Assembly (NCBI GenBank): GCA_000708835.1
Contig: DF237038.1
Span: 152,749 to 216,748 of the forward strand
DNA length: 64,000 bases
Reading direction: 5' to 3'
DNA from: Klebsormidium nitens
Taxonomy: Eukaryota; Plantae; Klebsormidiophyceae
A program made the position numbers and the translations under genes. Shown here one piece after another: positions 29,713-39,608 of this stretch (positions are counted from its first letter, which is position 1; the number at the start of each line of letters is the position of its first letter). The notes below the pieces were generated by a model. That model did not search any database and had not been told where the DNA came from. It was given only the letters and a program-made list of their open reading frames with translations.

Positions 29713-32700
29713 CTGCGGAGTGAGAATCAGCGTTAATTAGCTCTCAGGCGCGATCGAGGCTACACTTGAATGCACACAGAAGCGGAGGAGGAGAGTGAGC
29801 AAGAACCTGACTGCAAAGCTCCGAAAACAAGGAGTGAGAACGAGTTCGTCGACGACAGGATCGATTGTATTTGAAGCAGACCCCCAGCCTCCAAGGGTTT
29901 CTGTAATCTTCCAGATTAAAAGGCTTGTTCTGCTGGGCTTCCGGTTCACTCAGTATTGATGACAATTCCATCTGTAAGTGAGGGGATTCTTGTTGCTTGT
30001 CAAAGGGACCGGTCTGAATGAGAAGTTCCACCAGTTTGCCCGGTTTCTACCTGACTGCAGCAGATCATGCTTTCAATCACCCATCTGACCGAGAAGCTCA
30101 GAACAGAGACTGTGCGACCACAGTGTCCTATTTTGACAGCATACATGCCCCTAGTTTCTTTGAAACCAGAGTTGCCTCTTTTACTTCGGTCAAGTAGTCC
30201 TGAGGGGTAGGCTATGAAGATCCTCAATGTTAGATATTCAATTATCCAAGTAAGGCCCCGATGGGGCAAGCATTGAAGACCAATCAGAGAAGCCCCCGTG
30301 ATGTTGGCTTAGGGCACAGCTTTGACCAATTCAGAGAAGGCACCGATTGAAGCTAACCAGACCCCTGAGCAGCCAATGCGATCACAACCTCCAGAAACAT
30401 TACGTCCAGAAAAATGACAGACCACTTCAGTCAAGGCTTTCATTGCTTGCTGGTTGCTTTGTTGAAGACAATTGTGGACATGTGTAACAGCTTGGCGATG
30501 GGAAGGTCACTCAAGTGGAACTCTAGGATGTGTGCAGCTCAGGGTGCTTCCTTGATATCAGATTAGTGATGCCAACCAGAGAATCAGGTTTAAGTGGCTT
30601 GCAACAGTCTTATGAAGTTGGACCAGCCGAGGTTCAAGCAGATGAGCAACTTGAATTGTGGCTAGAACCGTAGATCTCAAAGTCCTCTATGGTGGTGCAA
30701 GGAGGGATGAAAGCAAGACACAGCAAAGCTGGGAAGGCGCATCGGATTTGTATGGTTCAGACAAAAGTTGTTTTCTCTATGCCACTTCAGAACCACGAAA
30801 GTGTCTGGCTGCAATTGCAGCAGCCTCCAGAGGGTTGAAGTGGACTGAAGTGGAAATTGCCCTGCCCTTGACTTTTCAGATCAGCGAAGCCAGCACATAC
30901 CTCGTCCACGTCCACTTTCATGTCCTCCATCCTGGCTCCTGGGTGGACCTGAACTTAAAATCGCTCCAACGGAGCCGTCAGCAATGTACCATACACTTTG
31001 CGCGCGCCTTGCACGCAAACTGAGTTGTTACTACCAAAAGCTCCACGTCCCCAACCCTGCTCCTTGCGAGCTGGGCACCACAAAGGCAGGCTGAAGGTCC
31101 CGCTCGTAAGCTCAAGCCGCAGCGCCTTTCTTGCTTAAAGTTAGGTAGCACTCCCTTTGTCATTGAGCTCCAAGCGTTCAATATACGGTAGGCAGGTACC
31201 TGAATTGCTCAAGCCGGAATTCCTAGATATGTATATTGCTTGAAGTTCCCTTGACACTGTTAAAGAGCAGGGACCTTATTGCGCCGCTGCAAGGAGCATC
31301 CGAGTGTTAATTTAAGGGGGCAAAAAGAAGGACGCAGCTGCCGGCATAGGTATATGGTGCAAGTTTATCTCGGGCAGCTGCTGAGGAAATCACACCTATT
31401 ACCTATAGTAGCTTCTTGTTCAGGCGCATGGCAGCCCCATTGAAGCGAGCAGAACGATCCGGCACCAAATCAGGGGGTCCCGATTCAAGGCAAGCACTTG
31501 CAGTCCACGGTGGCTCATGTGCAACCACTTGATCAGAAGATCAGCATTCAATGTCTCAGCATTCTTTCGAAGCAGTTGTCAGGCCAGTTATGGATGCGCA
31601 AGACATGGTAAGCAGGGGCCGTGGCGGTGTGGAGCGGGACGGGGCAAAAGCTGCTGTTAGCGGACAACATACTCAAGGTCAAGGCGCGAGAGCAGCTCAT
31701 ACGCCAGGTGCAGGGCAGAAACAGCAGGGGCGGCTGGGTGGCTGACCAATGGGGCTGTGCAGACGCAGGCGGCTTGGCACCAGCGCTCCATTGCCTCTGC
31801 CTGTCTGTCCTACCTCTTACCCACCACGTACTGCTAGCTGTACGCCATCCCCAAACCGCTGTTTGAAGGGATCCCCCCAAACTCAGAGTACGTTATGTGT
31901 ACAGCACGGCTCTTGATCTGCCCGCCCCCTCCCTGAGGAGTTTAATTATGATACAGCGGTGGTGCATATTCTGCTGGGGTCTATTAGGGAGCCCTGCAGG
32001 GGGATCCCGTCATCGGAGCACGCATCCAAGGTGGGGGTGCTCTTTGGTGCAAGGCCCTGAAGGAATCGGCAGCCCCATGCTGGCAGGCTGGCGAGGGAAT
32101 GGCAGGACGGAACGGCTGCTTGGGGCGAATATCAGAGGAACAACGACGGCACAGCAGGAGCCGCTCTTAGAACGGGGGGCAACTCACGCACAGGCAGCAG
32201 CGGCAGCCTCTCATGGTGCAGAGGAGGGGCACAGGAACGAGGGCCCGCCGCTTACAACGGCGACCGAGAGCGCGTCCTCGGTAAGTCAAGGGACTTGGAC
32301 CCTCTCCACTTGCAGAAATAGGGGCGAAACGCATACCATCTCATTTATTGGATAGAGGAAGCTAAATTTTGCTTCGCACTCATCTTCAGCCGATGAAACC
32401 TTAGGTTTCATTCTGTTCAATCGCGATTGACCCCACCACTTCTTTCAAGTAGGCGCTTCATTAATCCCCCAAGGCTTGCTTTTCTCTAGTGCCTGGCCCC
32501 TTTTGGGTTCACATCTACGAAGTACTGGCAGAGTCTTCCAGCTGGAAGCACTGTACATGATTGAAGAGCACTTGACTTTTGCTTGTTGATTTTGTGGGAA
32601 GTGTGCCTGACCAAGCACTAACCAGGTGGTTAACAGTCGATCTTCATTGTGCACAGGATGTCACGCGCCGTCACCAAGCTGCCTGACCCGTGTTCAGATG

Positions 32701-35391
32701 GACGCACCGCTATGTGCCTAGCGGATGGCACGGTAGGTGTCAAGAGCTGACATACCAGATTGTCATGTTCCTTCCTCGAAGACACAACAGTCTGCCTTGT
32801 GACACCTGGAGTGTTTCATGCTCACCCGCAATGAAGGAGTGGCTTGTAGGCTGATGCCTTCGCAATTGGGTACTGTAGACAAGGACGGTTGCATTGAGGA
32901 CTACGAGGCCGTGGAAGTCTCGGGTGGAGAAACGCTTGTGTACCATGGAACTGGGATCTGAGTCTTTGCCCCCAAGGATTGGTTCAGTCGGTTAAGCCCG
33001 CCTTGTCCATTCAGCACGCCCCTCTTTTGCCTCTTGCCGTTGTTCCAGGAGCAGAATCAATAAGATAGGCCGCCATTAACCCGCCTCCTAACGTTTCTGT
33101 ACTCCAGCTGCTGTGCCTGTAAAGAGGTCTCTTCCTGAACACCATAGGGCGGTGTTTGTCTCAACTACGCTGCTCTTCGTTGCCTGAAGGATTCAGTGAG
33201 AGGGGCGTAAAGCAAATCTCAGCGTTGGTGCCGAGTTGAACGTCGTCTAAAGGGGAACGGTTCTCCCTAACATCCTGATCTACGCTGGAGTGTTGCTCTG
33301 ATGACGTCTTCTTTTCCTGGACCAAACTTTTGACAAGCAAGGTCAGAACTAAGTCTCGATCTCAAAACTGTGCGTTTTGCGAAGGCAATCTGCTCGCCGT
33401 TTGCAGGACAGAGCCAGCCAGGATTGCAAGCTCAAGGCCGTCCAGCAGCGGCCACCGAAAATTCACTCGCCCCTCAGGGTCGCACTCGAAACCTCCGGGC
33501 TCCCAGCGACCATCACGGGTGCATCGGTCCGCCATTCGACAAACGATGGTAGTTGCGAGTCAAGGGCCTGAACTCGTATGTTCTTTGGTGAGCTCCACTT
33601 TATAAGTTCCTACCTCGAGCTTGCATACCCAACTTTCATGCATTAGCTGCTTGTTTTTGCTTGGAGGGCTTGATTGATCCCGCTATAGAAGTCTGCTCGG
33701 CTCTTAGGCTCATGTATTGGGTCCAGATATGGGAGTTTTCCTCTCTCTCAAAAGCAGGCATGTTCAATCGTCTTAAATCTTTTTCCTGATTTAAATCGAA
33801 GAGGCGACCACAATCATACAGGCTGTTCAAACAGCGTGACTCCCGAAGACGTTGCTTGCAAGTGTGCGGCCTGCCTATAGAGCGTGTTCAGGAGAATCTC
33901 GTGCAAGACGTTCTTAGTCGGAGTTTCTCGAAGAGCATTGATTTGAATTATGCTGATCAAGTAGCAGCACTTCTAGCTAAACATGTATCCTTTGATTCGA
34001 AGGACAACCTTGTCATGCACCTAGCGGCGATAATATGTAAGAAAGTTAGCAGGACGAGGCAGTAAAGCTTTAGGCTTGATTCCAGATGCTGTAAGTTCTT
34101 TGGGCTCCGGAGCACCATGTATTCTTCGTGCTTCCGAGCACTTAATCCTTTGTCAATGTTGTCGATGAGTATTTGTGAAGTCGACAACGGCATGCAGTTG
34201 CAAGCGGCCGCCCCCGTCATGATTGCGCAATACAGATGCTTGTCATGGCCAATTAATCATGACAATGTGCAATTTAGCACTGGCATGCATGCGAAGAATG
34301 GAAGCCTCAAGAAGATTAGCGCCATGAACCTACAAGACTCTTTAAGATGCCTACAGCATTATTCTGCATAATGTCCTGAGTCATGTGACTGTCCGGCGGC
34401 CCAGATGCTCAGTATAGTCAAGCGATTCCACACGAGAAAACTAAGCTTCAACTTGAACGGTAAACTATACTTTTGGATGGTTTTCAATCCAACGTAAAAA
34501 TCGATCAGAAGGTTGCAACCTGCCCAACAGGCTTGTCGATCCATTTACTGCAGCTAGGCAAATATGTTTGCATGCTTGATGCATGTTCTAGCTAGGTCGA
34601 TTGCTAGTACTACCTTAATCAAATCAAGCAAGCCTTCCGAAGTTTGGCCCCTGTTTATTGTACCTACCCCGGAAAAACGACTAATTTAGTTTGGCGCATG
34701 CCGTCTCAATAATCTAAGGTCGTCAGCTATGGTCGCAAAAGCACTATGGCAAGAAGTGCATGCGCAAGCACGCTCTACACTACATAGACACTCCAGTCGC
34801 CGGTAGTCTAGCTTAAAGCCCTTGTTTCGCATAAACCAAAACTCGCATAACCTGCATACTAGATACATTTCCATATGATAGTTGATCTAGCCAGATCAAA
34901 ACATCTGTGGACAGCTCAAAAGCAACTAGGAGCGTGGTACACCTTTGATCGCCGCTTGCAAGCGCCTACTTTAGCGCGAGCTCCACATCTCTATTTTTAG
35001 AGGCCCCTTGATCAGGAATAAAGTCAGAGCCTTGAGGTTTGCTCACAGATTCTGGAACAGAGATGAAGAGTAGCGTGTTAGAGAACATCACATCCATAGC
35101 AAAGCCTGAAAAAGCAGGGGACTTTTATGTCAATTCAGAAGTACTTCAGGACAAACGATTGACCAAACGATTGACCATCAGTTCGTAAGGTATCTCCTCG
35201 CATTGCACCTGCATAATTACCTGAAGCAATCAATCAATGCAGCAATCATTGTAGCATGAATAGACCCCAAAGCTGACCCTGCGCAGACTCGACAGCGATA
35301 ACACAGGTCTCCAACGGCAAGCAACAAGGCAACATTTTTGGCCGTGGTGCTTACCAGAAGATGCTAGTTTGAGAGAAACAGTAGTTCATTC

Positions 35392-37611
35392 TCAGGTCTT
35401 ACTATGTTTTGAAACAGCACAAGAACTGGAATTGTACTCATGAAGAATACATTTAGTCAAATGTAGCTCGGAACTTGAAGGAATAACTTTTGGAACTGAA
35501 AGCTCACCTTCCTGCTGCTCCAACGTCACTGTTTCATCCTTTGAACCAGCTCCTTTCGGAGAGGACACAAATGGCGCCCGCATACAGTATATCTTCCACC
35601 TGAGCAGGTCGCATAGGCTCGCGTTCGGGTGCGACTTCAGCTCACAGCAGAGAGCTCCAGCCTGATATAGCAGGGAGACTAGCTGGACAAATATGACTGC
35701 TAGGAACTCAACCCTGTCTACATAAATTGGGGTAATGCGCGATGTGCCCTGAGAGTAGACGAGTGACCCAAACACCGCCTGGAGTAAAGTCCCAAAAATG
35801 GCTTGCACAAACTGCCTACCCGTGTAATAATCCTTGAGGTTGATGGGGTTGCCGCTCACGATGAGTTGCCCACCCAACTGGGAGGCCGCAGTGAGTAGGT
35901 CCAACAAAAGGGTCAATATAACCCCGAGAACCAGGAGCGGTGGGACCTTAACCCATTGCAATAAAGTCAAGGCAGGCTCCCGCTCTGTATCTCGAGCAGG
36001 CACGTCCGCGAATGACGTCCCTGCCAGCTGCCAGTTAAGGTGGAAATTAACTCCCCCCAAGAGCTTAGTCTTAACCTGCTTAGCTTGCTTGCAAACACCG
36101 ACATGCGCTAAAGCTACAGCGAGAACCAGCCCGGTTATCACATAGTTGAGCAGCATAACCCCAAGGAGGACGTACATTGGCCAAGTCCCAGCAATCGCCA
36201 CCAAGAGAACCAGGTTAAGAACCAACCCTACAAGGGTAAAGACTGGCCCGGCGCCGCCAGACACGTATACGAGTACGGGTCTTAGGGTGGGCGAAGGCTG
36301 GGATACATTTCTACTGGAGCGCGTGGCAAGAAGATCTTCATAACCGGGGTAGAAGAAGTGAACGGCGAGGATGATCAGTAATAAGATCCCGAACCAGATG
36401 GCCCACGCAACAGCGATAACTATGGGGGCTTGGTCGTCCCGACACTTGTCCCCGCGGGGGGGCTTGAAGCGCGCTCCGGTATAGCTCGTTCCCATTGTCG
36501 GCAAAAGCTTCTCCAGCAGATTCGGGTCAACGAGGGAGTAGATATACGGGTTCTGGTCGAGCCGGAAATGCGTGGTGTTCAGGAACGTAAGGGTGTGCTG
36601 CCAGTTGTTCCCAACAACCATGGCCACTTTGCCCAGGCAAACCTGCTTCTTGTACGCCCGGGAAAGCCTACGGGCCGCTCGCGTCCCCCCAATATTCAGC
36701 CCGCACCCCACATCGTCAAAGCACGCCCCCCACAGACGTGGCGGTTCTTGCAAGGGGTTGAGTGTAAGGTCCAAATACCGCAGGTTTGGAAAGGCTCCAG
36801 GCTGCGACCAGGAAGGCGGCACCTTGGAAATTTTCCCCCCGACCGTAAGGAACGCGAGGCTTGGGAAAGCTAGTGGAGCCGCCCATGCGTCGGGCAGGGT
36901 TGACAGCTGGTTCCCAAAGAGCCCGAGAACCTGAAGTGTGGGGAACGCATTGGGGTTGCTCCAAGAACTGGGGACTTCCTCGATGAGGTTCAGCTCAAGG
37001 CCCAGCAGCTGCAGCTTGGGGAAGGAACCGGTCTGCCCCCATGCTTTCGGGAGGACCACGATCCGGTTCCCCAGAAAGTCCAGCTCGAGAAGCTCTGGAA
37101 ATGTCCCCGATGTGGCCCATGACTCTGGAAGGGTTTCGATGACATTGTAGGAGAGCAGCAAAGACTGGAGCTTGGGGAAACCGACGTCGCTGCTTCCCCA
37201 CTCCTCCGGGACACTACTCAGAGAGTTGGAACTGAGGTTTAGCACCTGGAGGGCGCGGAACGCGCCCAGTGCGTTCCCCCAGGCACCGGGCAGGGGGCTG
37301 CTGAGCTGGTTGTTAGACAGGTCTAGCAGCTGGAGATCTGGGAAAGCGTCCGGGTAAGCCCACGACTGGGGCAAACTGCCCCCAATGCTGCGATTGGAAA
37401 GGTCCAATGCGATGCTTTCTGAGAGGCAAGAACAGGCTTCCGGCCAGGGAAAGTCCACCAGGGTGCGATTGGCGCCTTGGAAGACGTCACAACAAGGGCC
37501 CGGGACATCTATGCTGGCAAGCCGGGGGAAAGGCCCTAGGAGTAAAGCGAGCGCGACGGCGGCAATATGCAGGCACGACGTGCGCCAGACCCCAAATGTG
37601 TTGGGCGCCAT
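35392..37611 (-). CDS. Intronless LRR-ectodomain, multi-pass membrane protein without a kinase; 739 aa
   Basis: One uninterrupted ORF. Signal-peptide-like N-terminus (LHIAAVALALLLG), about 9 LRRs of type LxxLxLxxNxLxxLPxxWxxxxxFP, then ~6-7 hydrophobic segments starting at APIVIAVAWAIWFGILLLIILAVHFFY, and a short acidic/Ser-rich tail. Confidence 0.85.
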   Translation of the reverse strand: MAPNTFGVWRTSCLHIAAVALALLLGPFPRLASIDVPGPCCDVFQGANRTLVDFPWPEACSCLSESIALDLSNRSIGGSLPQSWAYPDAFPDLQLLDLSNNQLSSPLPGAWGNALGAFRALQVLNLSSNSLSSVPEEWGSSDVGFPKLQSLLLSYNVIETLPESWATSGTFPELLELDFLGNRIVVLPKAWGQTGSFPKLQLLGLELNLIEEVPSSWSNPNAFPTLQVLGLFGNQLSTLPDAWAAPLAFPSLAFLTVGGKISKVPPSWSQPGAFPNLRYLDLTLNPLQEPPRLWGACFDDVGCGLNIGGTRAARRLSRAYKKQVCLGKVAMVVGNNWQHTLTFLNTTHFRLDQNPYIYSLVDPNLLEKLLPTMGTSYTGARFKPPRGDKCRDDQAPIVIAVAWAIWFGILLLIILAVHFFYPGYEDLLATRSSRNVSQPSPTLRPVLVYVSGGAGPVFTLVGLVLNLVLLVAIAGTWPMYVLLGVMLLNYVITGLVLAVALAHVGVCKQAKQVKTKLLGGVNFHLNWQLAGTSFADVPARDTEREPALTLLQWVKVPPLLVLGVILTLLLDLLTAASQLGGQLIVSGNPINLKDYYTGRQFVQAIFGTLLQAVFGSLVYSQGTSRITPIYVDRVEFLAVIFVQLVSLLYQAGALCCELKSHPNASLCDLLRWKIYCMRAPFVSSPKGAGSKDETVTLEQQEGELSVPKVIPSSSELHLTKCILHEYNSSSCAVSKHSKT

Positions 37612-38117
37612 TGTTTGGCGTCCTCATGACGCGTCCATTGTGTCCTCTGAAACTCTCGTGATTGACTTCTTGGCGTTGGAGTCATGACTCATCATGTGAA
37701 TGCAGGTTGATTAGCGTCTGCATTTGCCATAATAGTAATAGAGGCCCATGCATGGCTCTCCTCTCAGATCTCTAGCTGGATAGGAGCTGCATACCGGTAG
37801 TACAATACAGGCTGGAGCTCAATCATGCAAACTCCAACCTTATTGGAACAGCCTGCGCAGGAAGAATACAAGCTTACAACCGCAGGCAATCACCGAGCGT
37901 GCAGCCTATTATGTGTAATAATATGGTGCCCTGGGCGACATGCAGCTAATCAAGATGCTCTGCAACAGCCTCTTTGGACTGCTCCAAATTGTGCCAATCT
38001 GCTCGGGTATGAAAGCTCGCGCTCCTTATGATGCAATTCTGAGTGCCGCAGATTCCGAATCACGGAATCACACACATAATACATATGCATAGGTACTGGC
38101 AACTCACTTGTCTCCTA

Positions 38118-38267
38118 AGGGGCTTGTCTCCAAAAAAGGCAATGCCCCGGGCACCATAACAAAAGGCCCTAACCCAGAAGTTTACGTGCTCCGCGCCTCT
38201 AGCCATTCTAACCACCAAACGTGCCCTACCCGTCCCCGGGCCTATGAACTCTAGGAGACAAGCCCCT
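38118..38267. mobile_element. 150-bp MITE with 14-bp TIRs and TA flanks (Tc1/mariner-like)
   Basis: AGGGGCTTGTCTCC (38118-38131) and GGAGACAAGCCCCT (38254-38267) are perfect inverted repeats, with TA at 38116-38117 and 38268-38269. Confidence 0.65.
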
Positions 38268-38391
38268 TACGAGATAACGGAGTTAACACCATATCACACC
38301 TGTGAATTGTGCTCCCAAAAGTCATGATGCCAGAGCCGGCCGGTTTGAGATGCGACGATTGTGGAGTCAACGTGTCGACCGTACTCAAGAG

Positions 38392-38610
38392 CAGGGATTC
38401 CCATGGACTTTCGTCCCGGCCAGCCAGCCACAGGCAGTCCCCCGGTTGTACCAGCTGGGGGGCAGGCGGTTGGCTCTACCGGCCAGCTGAGTGCCCTACG
38501 GACTTGTCGATTTTACCAGCTACCGAGCTGGCGGGGTGCCTTCGGCACCAGCCAGGGTCCCGTCCCGGCCAGCCAGGTCCGCCCCAGGCTGCCAGTTGTG
38601 GGAATCCCTG
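38392..38610. mobile_element. 219-bp hAT-family MITE
   Basis: TIRs CAGGGATTCCCA (38392-38403) and TGGGAATCCCTG (38599-38610). Perfect non-palindromic 8-bp TSD CTCAAGAG at 38384-38391 and 38611-38618. Internal direct repeat CGTCCCGGCCAGCCAG at 38412 and 38561. Confidence 0.92.
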
Positions 38611-39608
38611 CTCAAGAGACTCACACTGCAGAGAGTCAAGGATCAAAGCTCCCAGCCCGCGTGCGCGCACGCCCGGCGCATCTGAGCTCGAAAGCCGCGC
38701 TGCTAGCGCGTGAGCGGTGATCGCATGCTCTGCTCTGCTCGCGGCCACAACAATGTACCGAGACTCTCTGAATCTTCAAAAGCAGAAGAGCAAGTACGTC
38801 GAAGCAAGCGGGCTTTATGGCTTCGCAAACATCTGGAGTGCCGAGGAACGAGGAGGAGAAGTTCGAGACGTGAGGGCGGCATGCAGGTGCTATGGAGTGC
38901 ATAGCCAGCACATGGTCCCATGCCGGCCATGTAGTAGAAGCCCATAAAGTAGTAATGGGACCAACGGTTGGATTCTCAACCCGCCATACCGGTCTGATGA
39001 GTCCACCGCGCGTGAGTCCATATCGACTGTATCGACGTGCAGATCATTCAGAGGGGCGAGGGAATTTCAGCGATGTTGGAATGTCGCCGGTGGTACATCT
39101 TGGTGCTCGTACTCGTGCCTTGTGGAGTGTGACGTTCTCCAAAGTTTCAAGCCTGCGAGAACACGAGCTGCTCGTCGCCTACGTGGTCAACCATGCACGT
39201 ACGTACCGCCTGACATGTTGCCCATGCTTCGAAATGCATTGAACCAGGCAAAAATGGTGATAGAGTGCCTGGTCGAAACATGTGTGACCCAACTCCAAGG
39301 AGATGATGGCACGCGTTCGGTGCGCCGCGTACAGACCGAGCCAGGGTGCGGAAATCTAAGGCCGTATAGTTGGCCGAATTCCCTTGACGACGACCGAACT
39401 TGTGTGCCGGCGGCCGCCTCTTTCATGGTGTTCGCTAAGGAGTGTGGCAAGAGGACAAAAGGATAGGACCGTCAAATGCCACCCGAGGGAAGACGCAAAC
39501 TCGACGGCAAAAGACGACGGCTCGGCTCATGATAACGACCGAAGTCCTTGAGTCTTGGCTGTTCTAGAGCCACTGTACCACACAGTGTCCGACATTCGCT
39601 GGTCCTTC

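Noticed and set aside
33200-33280. GCCGAGTTG...GTCTAAAGG, faintly like a tRNA-Leu D-arm
   Set aside because: No acceptor stem, anticodon arm or TTCGA T-loop. No tRNA or rRNA gene was recognised anywhere in the window.
38717-39466. Long plus-strand frame with one internal stop, possibly a pseudogene
   Set aside because: No recognisable domain or splice structure; it could be chance in GC-rich intergenic DNA.
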